NCBI GenBank assembly: GCA_028534125.1
Contig: CM052817.1
Coordinates: forward strand, 45,572,001-45,636,000
Reading direction: 5' to 3'
Origin: Lama glama
Taxonomy: Eukaryota
DNA: 64,000 nucleotides
How positions within the stretch are numbered: the stretch's first letter is position 1; each line of letters starts with the position of its first letter. This document shows positions 12,144 to 26,178 of the stretch, piece after piece. The notes beneath the pieces were generated by a model. That model did no database searches. It was given only the letters and a program-made list of their open reading frames with translations, and was not told the origin of the DNA. Both the position numbers and the translations under genes were made by a program.

Positions 12144-13479
12144 GAACTCTGTTCTTTACCGTTCACCTACAGGACAGAATCTAGAAATACCCTGTTTGGT
12201 TGGGAAGGGTACTTACCCCATGGGAAGAACCTTAGAGGAAGCTAGGACATGAGTCAGGGGAAAGAGAAAAGGAAGAGAAATTTAGTCTTCGGAGCCATCA
12301 GAATTAAGGTTTGTGATATGGGGATGTGTCTGTGTGTGTGAAATGAACATCATCCCAGAGGACTTAAGAAGGTGTAAGAAGACCAACTGAAAAAAAAAAA
12401 CAAAACAAAAACAGAAAGAAGAGACCCTCCTGCCCCGGTCACTAAGGGCGGGTAGCCTGTGAACAGGAGGGACGTGGGAGGTTTTCCTGGAATTCCACGT
12501 GGGACTGCTTTGGGAGAAGAGAGACCATGCGTCTTTCTTTTCCCCATTTGTTTCAGAGCTGCTGGGGAGGAGGTGCTGTGCTTTTGTCATATCTACTCCC
12601 CTAACCTGAGGGGAATTCCTCAAATGAGCTGAGGGTGTTGCACTAAACCCGAGATTTGGTTTTGAAAAGTTATTACCCTTTTTCTTCTTTACTTTACATT
12701 GAGATCATCAGCTTGTGGGTTTTTGCATCCTTTACTTCCTCATTTGTCTTCCTCTTTCCCGTTAAGAAGTCGTCATTGATTCCACTCCAGGGCAAAGGAG
12801 GCAGCAACAGAGCCCTCTTGAAAACCAGATGCTTACGAATAAGACCGAGTGAAACATCTGCTGGGTGCAATCATGGAAAGGACTATTCGGTGCTGGCTGT
12901 TGCACTTGGGAATGGTGGAATTAGCATATCACCCATACCCTCCACATCCCCTGTCAGAGTGCAATTTCCTTAAGAGGATAAAGGTTGATTGGCCATATAG
13001 TTACCTTTTGTTTTCATGATGTCAGACATCTTTTCTTTCTGCTCTAGTGTCCTTTAGAATTGAGATACTGTGTAATTTCAGTGGCAAGGATGGCAATCCA
13101 GTGACCTCTATTTTTGTTTCCTTTATTGGTGGGCTAAAATGGACTATTTAGAATGTTTTAATCTGGGAAAAAACCTAGTGATTTTAGCATGTGCTATTGC
13201 TTTTGATTTTCTAGCTCATCAGGGCACGGTATTGAGCCCTGCACAGCCTAAAATAAGAGAAGAGACATTTTTGGTGGTCTTGCAAAGGTTGGGGGGAGAT
13301 CTCTACTATTCACCAAACTAATCCAAAATATTTTCCCCTTGTTTTGTTTTCAAACTTTCTCTCTGGCTTGTGGGATTTGGGCTTCTAAAAATAGTTTGTT
13401 AGCAAAATAACAATGATGATAATGCCTCCACATTCTGCATAAAATTTATTTCTTTAATAAGCAACTAATAAATGATTAG

Positions 13480-13610
13480 GGTAATTAATATTTGCACATG
13501 GTACCAATTCCAAAAGTACAAAAGTGTTTCCAATGGAAGGCAGGTTTCCCTCCCATTCTTGTCCCTGCAGCCACCTAGTTTTCCCTTCTGATACAAGCAT
13601 ACTTACCAAA
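13480..13610 (-). mobile_element. Old L1ME-type 3' end fragment
   Basis: gcacatggtaccaattccaaaagtacaaaag...ttccctcccattcttgtccc. Confidence 0.5.
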
Positions 13611-14399
13611 GAAGGCAGTTTAAAAATATAAATAAAAGAAAATTATTCACAACCTTAGTTATTCAATTTAAAATTAGAAATTGCTTCTTTTCTCCTGAAT
13701 GACACTTGCAGAAATGATGTCTAGTTTGATTTAATAGTTCCTTTTTGTTTGATATTCTTCACCCTCTTTAATATAGCTGTGTTTAATATAATATCCCTAG
13801 ACATTCAAAATTACCCTTATTCTGAGATAATCCCTAGAAATTCCTTAAGGGTACTGAAAGTGTCTCCTTCTACTCAAAATGAATCACAAGGTTTGCTTTC
13901 AAACTTCAGACTCACGGACAAAAATCTGAACCTCCTAATTCAGCCCAAGTACAAAACAATTAAGGGCTTAAAAAGGATTAGAATTTTGAAAATCACAGGA
14001 GTCCAATTTGACTCTTGCTCTTAGCTAAAAGTGTTTGAAATAGCCTCCTTCATTCTAATAGCAGTTTGTAGAAATGTTTTCTCTCAGGTTAATTGGATCT
14101 TTTTTCTTCTAGGGAGTCTAGGGAAAGAGAGTGTGGTTACAGTATTTTATGAAGGGTTTTTATCACCAATATTGGTGTTGTCTTCCATGGGTCACACTTC
14201 CCAATCTGTTCCCTGTCTCCTTTGTTGTCCTGAGGCTGTTAAGGGAGAAAGTGACTGCACTGAAGACAGAAGACTAGATTTACTGCTCTGGGACCGCTGT
14301 CTAATTTGGGTCTAGACCTGAAGTCAGGGCACTGGAGGGGCGGGTTAACATCCCTAAAAGAATGTGAGTATGAAACAATAAAAGGTTTATGAAGTTGGA

Positions 14400-15580
14400 C
14401 TTCTGGCTTCCAGTCCAGCATCCGGCATGGAAGGGTTTGGAAGTTGTCACTCCCCTCTTCATAACAACCACCACCAAAAAGTTCTGATCAAACTGAAAAG
14501 CAAAAACTCTTCTTATATCCCTCAGAGAATTGTGGTCAAAGGGCAAACTGCTGTCCCCAAATTGCAGAGACACACAGGTGAAGGAGAGGATCATAATTTA
14601 CCAGAGCAGAAGCCTCTGCAGGAAGTAGCACAAGGGTAGAACAACTGAAAGTAGAATTAATGAATTGCTGGAGGCTTGGTGTGGATGTGTTTGAGAGTTA
14701 AAAACTCCCAAAGGGTCTAGGTTTAGTGAGAGCCCCGCATTTCTGTGACTTTTACCTCTAGGAGCTCTCCCACATTCTCACAGCCAAGATAGGAGTAGCC
14801 ATTCTGAAATACACCTGGAGTACTCTGCTCTGAACAATGCCTGCATCAGGGGAAGTTATTTTACAAGATCCTGACAGACTGTGGTTTTACCAGAGCCTAA
14901 CCCACCTGGAGGAAAGGAAATAGCCCATCCAATCCTTTGTAATCTTGTTGTCTCACCTAAAGGAGATGAAAATCAAAACTGAGATCGCAGCCCAGGGGTA
15001 CAGACTCACTGGCTCACTAAAGGGCTAAGACCCAGCCGTGGAACTACAGAATGCTTTCTGTTCCTCCCACCCCCATACCTTACCAGCGTTTCAATAGGAC
15101 TCCCGGACAACAACAGGAAATTTCAGCTGAAAGAACTGCGCATCTCAGATCTTATTTGGGAAGAAGTCTTTAGGAAAACCCAAAGACAAGGCAGGGGTGC
15201 TACAAAAGCAAGAACACCAGAGAAAATTTTTGCCTCTGATACCTACGGTTTTAGCAAATACCAAACACAGCCTAATTCCTAGCCAGATAAACAGAAAACA
15301 CAAAAGGCCTATTTACTACATTTCTTTTTACTCAGTACATCATGTCTAGCTTTCAGTAAAAAATTACAAAGCATACTCGAAGACAAAAAACCCAAAACAA
15401 CACACACACACACTCACACACACATACACACACTCATACACACATGACCAGATGGAGAATCAGCCTCAGATATGGCAGAAATTTTAGAACAATCAGACCT
15501 GGCATTTAAAACACCTATGATTAATATACCAAGGGCTTTAATGGAGAAATGAAGAACATGCATGGACAAGTGGGTAGTAA
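14400..15580 (+). mobile_element. Ancient L1 (L1MC/MB-type) 5' UTR and ORF1 start
   Basis: cttctggcttccag...ttgtcactcccctc...aactcttctta; later catcatgtctagctttcag...aaaattacaaagcatac...tcagatatggcagaaattttagaac. Confidence 0.8.
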
Positions 15581-15679
15581 TAATGCTCAGGGCTTTTAGC
15601 TGTACTTAGAAAAAGGGATATGAAAAAGTATGTCTGTTCCATAGTCTTGGAGGTGGAGCTCTTAACTATAACTTAAAAA

Positions 15680-16130
15680 AAAGTTTATTCTGTTTCTCTT
15701 CATTGTCTATTTCCTCTGAATTACTGTTTCTGTATATTTATTTCTCTTTTTTCTTTAATATTAAAGACTTTCCTCAGAGGTGTGGTGATCCCTGGCTGTC
15801 CATTCATATTTAAGATAAGTAAAACTGATAAGAATTTACATCAGTGAGAGGGGTGGGACCTGCCCACTCACTGTAAAGTTATTGGACAGGGATCTAGCCA
15901 TTTCTTGAGAGAATGTGTAAATTTATGAGATGCCAATTTCTAAAGGTCTTTTCTTTTAGGAGTGTCCCTTTTATTTTTCCAGACAGTCATCCTCAAATAT
16001 CCTGTCTGGTGCTGAGTCTGACATTGTAGTAGCTACAGGAGGAAGAGAGCTGAATGTCCCACTGTATTCATACTTTTATTTAATCTCTCTGCCCTTAGTA
16101 CTACCATGCACTCTGCTCCTCTTTCCAGGC
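15680..16130 (-). mobile_element. HAL1/old L1-related fragment
   Basis: ttcctcagaggtgtggtgatccctggctgtccattcatatttaag resembles recalled HAL1 reverse strand. Confidence 0.45.
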
Positions 16131-18387
16131 TTGTGCTATAGTTCTCCTGTCTTATGGTGTGCAAAGGTGATGGGGGTGGGAGGCCGTTTACTAGCCCTTA
16201 ATCATCAGACCACATAGGTCACAGCTGAGCCACCCATTGTTTCTGTGTGCACAGTGTTGGTTTCTGTGTGCACAGTTCTCTACCAATCATGGCTTCTTGT
16301 ATTCCACTGTCTTATGAGCAGAGGCATAGCTAGTTTATTCCAGATGATCTTTTCAAGGATGTTCACATAGCAAGTAGACTTGGAAGATAGAGACAGCGTC
16401 TCGCTCTGGGATAGAGGGAAGATTTGTTGGCGTCCTCGTATAATATAGATAACCGCACTCTTTAGAACAAAGGCTGGGCAGATTTCCTTGTAGCCTCTTT
16501 AACATATTGAGGTTTCTGAAAATTGAGCATCCTCAGCTGTGATGTAAACCCACTGCGTGTGCGATGTCCATTTGTGCTGTTTCGCGTAGTCCCTGGGAGA
16601 CTGAGAAATGAGGTAAACCAATGTGCACATGAAGAGAAGGCTGCCTGCTGTGCCTGGAGTAATAACATCCTTAGCCTCTGTCGTGGGTGACTTGTGTTTT
16701 CTGTCAGCATGAGTGAAACTGTGGCCATTTAACTTGTAAGCTTGCAAGTAGAGTAAAATCAAAGACATTCAACTCTGTGCTAAAATACCATGCGCGGGGC
16801 TCAGGAGTCTTTATGAGCCTGCCTTTGCTCTGTCTTCCTTGACACCCCACGCAGCTGTTCCAGCTCTGGCCCCCCTGCCTCCTCAGTATAGGACTAGAAT
16901 ACCAGGCTGAATCCTGCTGCTCTGGGATCCATAACCTCTCTGTTTCCTTTTCCCAGTTTGGAAATATCTCTTTTAAATATGAGAGAAATCCTTCTCCTTT
17001 CATGTTTCTTCGAACTGCTCTTTCCATTCCCACAAGTTCCTGTAACCCAAAGATTCAGGTTTTGTAAAACAAAAGCCAAAAACATCTTCCAGTACTTTCC
17101 TGCTTCCAAGCCTGCCACTCAGCTCTTCTGAGAAAAAGAGCAACCTCTCCACTGTTTGAGTGTGGGACAAAAAGGGGAAATACAGGGAGAAAAAGGCTCT
17201 GGTGCATTGCTATCTCAAAATGTTATTCAGCCACATTTATTCTGTGTTTGACAAATGCCTCCAGTTCTCACCGAACACTCTTTCTCACATTACCAGAACC
17301 CAAGGCACCCACCCACCCTGCTGCCAACTTTTCCATGGGGGTTTAGTAATTCTGTAATAACTTTCCAAAGCCTGTAGTAGGGACAGAGACAGGAACAGTG
17401 CCGAATGCTTTGCCAGCCTCCCAGATTTCCACAGCTACTCCCTGCCTGCTTCATTCCCATCAATCCCTGTACCAACGGATGGGACTCTCCAGAGGTCCAC
17501 ACAGAGCCTGAACTTGATACATCCTCGAACAGTTAGAGTCATGGAGCCCCTTCTGAGCACAGCGGAGTCTCTGAGGATAAGATGAAGCTAGGAGCAGGAG
17601 GCAGGTGAAAGGCACTTTTTTTTTTCTGGGAAAACAAAGAATGAAATGAGGAATGGATGATGTGGAGACTCTGAAGTTCATCTGGCAGACCGAAGAGATG
17701 GGGAGAGCGTCCACTAGCTTTGAGCAGTTAAAGAGAAAAGAATCACCAGTCTTTCATCTGGCCCTTGGAGAGGTGGCCTTTGACCCCAATTCAGGGAGAA
17801 AATGGCCGTAGGGAAGTCATGCTTGTAATTCAGCAAGAGCTGGAAAAACAAGTATGTAAATGAGAGTTGGGAGAAGGATGTTAAAGGGCTTTTATAACTG
17901 TGTCATTTTTGTGTCCCCCTGGCTGGCCCTGTGACTTCCTAGAAGGAATTTTCCGGGTTGTCCTCTCTGACATTAGGTTTCAAAAGATAAATTAATGTTT
18001 TCCTTGTTATACTTCAAACTGAGACATTGAGTAAATTCAGTAAACTTAGCCATTTAGTGAAGAATATTTTTTGGTCTATGTTTTGAGAAAAGTTATCATT
18101 TTCAATATTTTGACAGTTAAAGTGAACACTTAATTCATCCTGAGCCATTTAACCTGAGTTTCAATTTCCAGATTGTCCTCAGGGCTTTCGTAAGATCATC
18201 TTCCCTTAGGGACTTCTGCATGTGGGGCGATCAGATTTCACCATCTTGAGATATATACACCTCTGACCTCCAACCCATGGACAGAAAATTGGGCTCCTTA
18301 ATTGAACTAGCTTACAGAAAAATGAAAGGGCTGTTACTGGTGTGTGATTAAGAAGGTAAAATGAAGATTCTTCATGAGTCTAATCTA

Positions 18388-19009
18388 TTTTTTAAAACCA
18401 TTTTTAAATTGAAGTATAGTTAATTTACAGTGCAGTATTAGTTTCAGGTGTATAGCAAACTGATTCAGTTATATATGTACAAATATTTATATTCTTTTTC
18501 CAGTTCTGAATATATATATTCAGTTATATATATACAAATACATACATATTCTTTTTGAGATTCTTTTCCATCATAAACTAGTACAAGGCATTGAATATAG
18601 TTCCCTGTGCTATACAGTAGGTCCTTGTTATTTACCTGTTTCATATACAGTAGTGTATATATGTTAATCCCAAACTCCTAATTTATCCCTTCCCTGTCCC
18701 CTCCTTCCCCCTTTGGTAACCATAAGTTTGTTTTCTATGTCTGAGCCTATTTCTGTTTTGTAAATAAGTTAATTTGTATCTTTTAAAAAAATTCCATGTA
18801 TAAGTGGTATCATATGATATTTGTCTTTTTCTGTCTGACTTACTTCATTTAGTATGATAATCTCTGGGTCCACCCGTGTTGCTGCAAATGGCATTATTTC
18901 ATTTTTTATGACTGAATAATATTCCATTGTGTGTATGCGTGTGTGTGTGTGTGTGTGTGTATAAAACAGCACTTATTATGGTTTATAAAATTAATAATTA
19001 TATATATAT

Positions 19010-19050
<41 letters not shown>

Positions 19051-19227
19051 CATCTTTCTCCATTCCTCTGTCAATGGACATTTAGGTTGCTTCTATGACT
19101 TCACTATTGTAAATAGTGCTGTTATGAACATCTTTTGTATCTTTTCAAATTAGAGTTTTCTCTGGATATATGTCCAGGAGTGGGTTGCTGGATCATATGG
19201 CAACTCTATGTTTAGTTTTTTAAGGAG
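18388..19227 (-). mobile_element. 5'-truncated L1 (ORF2 end plus 3' UTR) with 18-bp TSD
   Basis: TSD cttcatgagtctaatcta (18370-18387) / cttcatgagtctgatcta (19228-19245); ORF2 C-terminus MEYYSVIKNEIMPFAATRVDPEIIILNEVSQ. Confidence 0.95.
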
Positions 19228-20957
19228 CTTCATGAGTCTGATCTAAATGATTCATTCTGACTGAAATATTTGATTACTTTTTATCTTTTTGATAGATTGT
19301 GGGAATATTTTCCAGATTTTGGTTGATGTCTACTTGGTCTTTTCTCAGGATGGGTCAGAGTGAGGAAAGAATATGTAATTAACATAGTAATGTGATTTCA
19401 GTTCTCATCATTAATATAAGGCTTCCTAGTGGTCCCAAGCTTCTGAGTCTCCTTGCTCCCTCTCCTTACTCTCTGGGTGCTGAGTCTCCTGCTTTGTACC
19501 CAGGTCCATGGTGCTTTTCTCTGTGGTAGCATAATTCTCATGCATTTTTATGTCAACAAAATATGATATTGCTCCCCACTAAGAATTTAGAAGGGAAGAA
19601 AGGAAATAAGTGATTATGGAAGAAAAATTGTGTTTTGGGTTTTGTTTATTTTCTCCTGAGCAATAAGTAGGTGAGAAGAGTCTTGATTCTGGAAAGATCA
19701 AGAGTGGAGTTTGTCAGTGCTGGTGGTGGGAGGGGTGGGGTGATGAGAAGAGGGGTTGGGATGATTTCTTCTCTCCATCCTCACCATTTCTATGGATTTT
19801 GGTGAAAATGCTATATACTGTGGGGAAGAAAACAGTCCCCATTTCCTTACTAAAGAATCACCTCTGTCCTTGGACAGAAAAGGGACCACAAAGTGGACCA
19901 TTCATAGACCACATTTATGTTCTGGGTCTGTTTTTGAAAGCCATGCACAGTATTGTAAACCTTCCCTTGCTGTTTTTGGGAAGAATCAAGGCAGAAAGGG
20001 ATAAAGGAAAGCTCTGCTTTCTCTAGCTGGTGGGATCGCCAGTGAGGGTGGAGGATGGACTGTGACATTTGGACCTCAAAAAATTAGGGTTTGGTTTTGC
20101 TTGTTCTTCAAATGAGGATAGTAAATGAGTGAAAACAGATCAACAAAAGTGCCTTTGGTTTTCACTGGAAGGAAGTTTATTATTTCAAACGTTTTCTACT
20201 GAAATGTCTAAGTTAGCTCTCCTTGTATTGTCTGTCCTAAATCTCTCCTTTCCAGACTTTCCGAGTGAAGAGTGCAGCTTTAAGTCTTTCATCACTAGCC
20301 ATGGAAAAGAATCCTCCCTCAGGGACAGCCTTCCTGTGGGAAGGAGAATGAGGGACAGACAAGAGCTTCCGTACTCAGAGTAAATCCCATCTGTGACATG
20401 ACCGAGACTGACCCCTGACCCTTGGGCAGAGAAAAGGGCTTTTAATAGAGCCCACACATAGAATAATGAAAGGGCTAATGTAAGTTCAAGATCAATGAAA
20501 GAATATAAAAAATGTAGCTAACCTAACTTCTTCCCACTGCCTGAAACTTTTGAAAAGGTCTTTTCCCCATCTTGAAGAGTGGAAAGAAGTCAACACCTTG
20601 CCTTCATGGATCACAGGCAGGAGCTCTCAGATTATAAAAACAGTAATTCACAATCAGAACTTAGCAAATATATTTATCTACAACATTTCTGTCTTTCAGC
20701 CTTCCCCTTCCTACCCAGTGAATGGGAGCGGTAGGATTCCTCCCCATTTATGTAAGGGTTCTTACTTGGGTGAGGTGTAAGATTAGATCAGTGGTGTATG
20801 TGCAGAGGAACAGCAAAGTCAAGAATCTTGTGTGCTCTAGTCTTTTATTCTGGATTTTCATAGTGAGACATTTCTTTTCCTTAAAACAACACTTGTTATG
20901 GTTTATAAAATTAAAGACCTGAAACATATTAACAACATTTGGAAAAATAGAAGGGCA

Positions 20958-21430
20958 CATCTGTGTTGCTGCAAATGGCATTACTTTATTCTTTACGCTT
21001 ATCTTACTAAGTGAAGTAAGCCAGAAAGAGAAAGAAAAATATCATATGATACCACTTATATGTGAAGTCTACAAAAAAAAAAAGACTTATTTACAAATGA
21101 ACTTCTTTACAAAACAGAGACAGAGAGATTCATAGACATAAAAAACAAACTTATGGTTACAGAGGGGAAAGAGGGTGGAGAGGAATAAATTGGGAGTTTG
21201 CAGATACTAACTACTGTATATAAAATAGATACACAACAAGTTTCTACTGTACAGCACAGGGAACTATATTCAGTACCTTGTAATAACCTATAATGAAAAA
21301 GAATATGAAAAAGAATATATATATATAACTGAATCACTATGCTGTACACCAGAAATTAACATGTTGTAAATTGGTTATACTTCAATTAAAAAAAAAATCA
21401 ATGAGATGCTTAAAAAAAAAAAAGAAAAAA
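20958..21430 (+). mobile_element. L1 3' end with short 5' inversion
   Basis: 20958-20997 is antisense L1 (tgttgctgcaaatggcatt), followed by sense L1 3' UTR and poly(A); candidate TSD aaaaatagaagggcaca / aaaaataggaagacaca. Confidence 0.9.
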
Positions 21431-23034
21431 AAATAGGAAGACACAAAGGAAAAAAATCTTTCCAGGGAACTCTTCCTGAGGCTCATCTTGAATAAAAGGC
21501 TGTTACAGCCCCAGGTACCTACAGGGGTAAAATGTAGTATGGAGGCAGAGGCAGCAGTGGGAGGCGGGAGTTCTGTTCTTGACTCTGGGGATGGGCAGGG
21601 GAAAGCATAGGGTTTTTCCTGTCTTTGAATAGAGGACACGGAATATCATTTCCATGGTCTGGGAAGAGCTACGACTTAGGGAAGAAGAGGGAATATATTC
21701 TATTTCTGACTTTCCTTCTATCTTGGCAGAATAGCAAGAATTTCAGCCCAGGTAGAGGGTCAGCAGCACACTAGGTTTCTGAAGGTGAAAGTCATGTGGA
21801 CTAGAGACTGGGCTGAACTCAGGTCTGGAAAACTAGTAACTAGCGTAAGTCCTTTGGGGAGACAGTCATTTCTGAAGTTATTATATGTAAATAATGTATA
21901 ATATAAAAGATAGCTTTTAACCTAAAAGTGCAACATATACACTTATTTCTTTTTATTTTCTTTCTAAAGTGAAATGCTTTTCTGTGGAAAAGATAATAGG
22001 TAAGTGTATACACACACACACACACACATAAATTTATTCCTATACATATACATGTCCAAATTAACTTTCCATGTACTGTTCCTTGTAACTTTTCCTTGGT
22101 TTCTCTACTTCTAGATCTGTAAGATACTTCATGGTTACATAGAAATCCTTTCATCACTGTTCTTGTCTCCTCATTCTCAGAATGATTCCCTAAAGTCTTC
22201 TTCCGTGATGGACCAAAGCCTGACCTCTGACCTATGAACAAGAATTGAACTCTTTGATGTGATCTCTGCATACATTATTCATTGGGAAACTCTAAACATT
22301 AAATATTCACTGTGTAGGAGACCCACTTATATCCCTTCTTATGTTTAGTATATTTTAAATAGTCTCTTTTCTTCATTTTGTCTCATTTTTTTTATCATAT
22401 AGTCCACTATACTTTGTTTTTATTTGCCCTTGCTCTCTGTTTTAAATGATACAGCTCTAATGGTCTCAAGGTTTAAGTCTTACAGTCTTCAGGGTCTGAT
22501 GAGTTTCTCTCTGGCTTCCCACTTCTTTGGGACATGCATAATGAGTTTTAGGGATGAAGAAGAGAAGACAGAGCCTGGATGTCTGTGTTAGTTCTTTTTC
22601 TCCAGTCTTGAACTCCGGAATCCAAAAGAGCCCAAGAAGCAAGTTCTGTGCAGAGAGTCATTTCCAAGAATACCATGATAAAAGGCAGATGAAAGAAATT
22701 TGTATGAAGAAAGGGATGAGTTATAGGAGGAAATATTGAAGAAAACTTCAAGGCAGAGAGGGAGCTATATGTTCTAGTTTGGGGAGGTGATGGGGAGATG
22801 GTAGTCCCCTCTGATGTATCTTGCCCTTAAGATGGGGAAAATTACATAACTCAGGAGGGAATGGTCCTTAGGAAGTTTGGTGACTGAGAAAAACCCTGGT
22901 GCACACTAACGGGACAGGTTGGTGTGAAGGAGACCTAACTATTGCTATGTGGTAAAGCCATTGGTGAGACTGTTAGGAGATTATCTTGTAGACTTTCCAT
23001 CTGTCAGCTGAAATGGCTATTATTAGGAATAGTT

Positions 23035-24355
23035 GAAAAGGCATCAGAGAGCACTTTAGTAGCCATGAGCACACGTAGGACCTAGGTCTTGGCTTCTAAA
23101 TATCATTCTCCTGTAAGAATCTGGGGCTCCTTTGAGAAGTGGGTCACTCCAGGTCTGGAACAGGAAAATTCCACTGTGAACTTAGGACAGTTTTTGTGCC
23201 AAAATGCAAGGAAGAGCTCAAAGGAGGGGGGCCATGTTCAGTGGACACAGGAGCCAGCTTGGAGGGTCTTCCACTGGCCAAATCTGGGACAATTTGAGTA
23301 TCATAATGGCTTTCAATAGTGATGGAGTATAACCCAAAGGAAAAAATAATCCTTGAGTCCATACTGATATAAATAAATGAGTCAGGGAATAAAGGAGGGA
23401 GAAGAAAATGCTCCTCCTTACAGTAGAATTCCAGCTAACAAAGACAAAGAGACTGAAGGAGTTAGAAAATCACCTTTTTGGCAGTCATTATAATAATAAT
23501 TGTTTCAGGCAAAAATTACCCATGACTTCTAAAACCAGAGGGTGAAAGTATGATGAAAAACAAGATATTTACATAGTTTCAAAGTATCTCCCCATGATAT
23601 ACTTATTAATCTCAAAGAAAAAATAGTGTCCTTTCAGTGGAGAAACTTGACAAATCACCTTAACCATGCAATCAATGTAACATCATTAACATGGGCTGCA
23701 CAGACACCTGGTGCCTCCTGGGAAGGACAGAACAACACATATGTGATGTTCCTGACAAAAACGTGTAATCTGTAATAATGAGGGGACATCAGACAAACCC
23801 AAGTTAAGAAACAGTCTACAAAATAACTGGCTTGAATTCTTCAAACTATCAAAACTACAAAAGACAAAAAAAAAAAAAAAAGAAAAAAGAACTGTTCCAG
23901 ATTAAAGAAGAACAAAGAGACATGACAACCAGCTGTAATTGGTGATCCTGGATTTACTCCTGGACAATTTAGGTCACGAGTGGGATAATTGACAAACTTT
24001 GCTTAAGATCTGTCTATAAGTCAGAGAACAATGCTGATGTTGGTAATGGTAATGGTAATGGTAATGGTACTGCATCATTGTTAATTTATTGATTTTGGTA
24101 AATGCACAGCAATTATATATGAGATTGTCTTTATTTTTAGCAAATACAACTGAAGTATTGAAAGATAAGGGGGTATCCTGTCTAAAATTTACTTTCAAGT
24201 ATTTCAGAAGATAAATTTTATGCCAATGGATATAAGAGAATGATAAAGCAAATGTGATAAAATGATAATATTTGAGGAATCTTGGTGTTGTCCGTGGGGA
24301 TTCTTTGCACTACTTTAAAAACTTCCCAGGAAGTCTGAAATTATTTCAAAATTAA
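23035..24355 (+). mobile_element. Old L1 (L1MC-type) 3' UTR
   Basis: ccactggccaaatctgggacaatttgag; ggacatcagacaaacccaagtt; ctgttccagattaaagaagaacaaagagacatgacaac; tctgaaattatttcaaaat. Confidence 0.85.
24042..24068. repeat. (GGTAAT)n hexamer repeat within L1
   Basis: ggtaatggtaatggtaatggtaatggta. Confidence 0.85.
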
Positions 24356-25689
24356 GTTACCCTATAAAGGCTGCAGAGGGGCAGTTTTAAGAGTCAGCTC
24401 TGAAGCCACAGGTGACGTAGCTTCGTTTGAAGTTTTGCTAGAGATTCCAGGGATGAAAGGAACCAAGTTTAGGCATTGAAGACAGGCTTTCCTGCCTCTG
24501 GAGAAGATTACATTGCTTTTATAATAAAAAACCAAATACTTAAAAAAACTGGATAAAATTTATTCTTCACGTTTAACAAGAACAAAAATACCAGGTGTAA
24601 CAATGTGAACTGCAGATGAAAATGATTTAAAAATGTAAAAGCAACTTGAAGGCACATATTTGTTACAAATGAGCTCTAACTAACAATAATGTCCAGAGAT
24701 GCCCATCTCCTTACTGTCATTAGTATGATGTCTGGGGTCTGTCAAGTCAAACAGAGATGAGAAACAGGCAGAATTCAATCAGCTGTTATTTAAATATCTG
24801 TCAGGTTTGTGGTGGGAGCCCAGAGCAAAATATGAAAAGCGTTCAGAGTGAAACCAGGCAGTAAATGAATTAGTTAAATCTAATCAAGTGCTGAAATAAT
24901 CTTGGTGGGGATTTGCAGGCTCAAATCAGATTGAAGAAATAGAAAATGTGTAACTTGAATTCAGGGGGATGTGAACCTGACCTATTTGGAGATAGGCTTG
25001 GGTTCCCTCTTGGCAGAGTGGCGCTATAAAAGGGTTCCCCTTGGCCATTAGTGGCCTGTGAAAAGTCAGTCCCGGCCAAAGCTTTCATCCAATAAGCAAC
25101 CTCACTATGCAAAGACAGCCACCACAATTCACTTGCGATGACAAAGTCTAACTTGCTTTCTTTAGTCCGTATACCAAATTCATTTCACCCAAGGGAAGCA
25201 TTGAGTAATCTTAGAAATAATAAACTAAATCAAAATCATATTAATATTTTTCTGTTGGTTAAACCAGAATAGAAGCACATTTGGATTTAAATAGAATTAA
25301 ATATATTATAAACACATCAGTCTTGTAATTCTCACTTAAAATATGTAATTCAGTAGCTGATTTAGATTTATGATTTCTAAGTTAGATGCATAAAATATTT
25401 TACTAAGTTTGTAAATAATGCTGACTGTTTAAGAGAGCTCAGAATTCATTATATTTTAAATTTAATCTATTGAATTTAGTTGAAGTTTTAAGTGCTTGGG
25501 AGAATTTTCCTTACAGTGACATTCAAAAGGTGCTTTCAAAGTAGGCAATTATATTAAATATGTAAAAGTAGTCAAAATGTTTAAGAGGTCTTACCTGTAT
25601 AAAAGAAACCAAATAAACTGAGTTGATCAAAAGTTAATCAAATATTTGTTTTGACTTCTTGGGAGTAAGTGTTAATATTAACTACTTTA

Positions 25690-26178
25690 TTTTTAAATTT
25701 AATTTATTTTTTCTAGTTTTATTGAGATATAATTGACATATTACATTATATTAGTTTAAGGTGTACAACATAATGATTTTAGGAATGTATATACTGCAAC
25801 ATGATTGCCACAACCTGTTTAGTTAGCATTCATCACCTCATATAGTTACATGTTCTTTTTTCTTATAATGAGAACTTTTAAGATCTATTCTCTTGGTAAC
25901 TTTCAGATATACAATGAAGCGTTTTTTGTTTTACAGTTACCATGCTGTTTATTACATCCTCAGAATTTATTTATCTTATAATTGGGAATTTGTACCTTTT
26001 GAGCACCTTCACCCATTTGCCCACCTTCCACCCCTGCCTCTGACAACCACCAATCTGTTCTCTGTTTCTATGAAGTCAGTTTTTTTTAGATTCCACATAT
26101 AAGAGAGATCATAAAGTATTTATCTTTCTTTGCCTGATTTATTTCTCTTGAGCATAATGTCCTCAAGGTCCATCCATT
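25690..26178 (-). mobile_element. L1MA-type 3' end
   Basis: tttattgagatataattgaca...gagaacttttaagatctattctctt...tagattccacatataag. Confidence 0.9.

Noticed and set aside
25026..25100. TATAAAAG as a promoter
   Set aside because: Isolated motif; the CCAAT lies downstream, and no supportable exon or ORF follows
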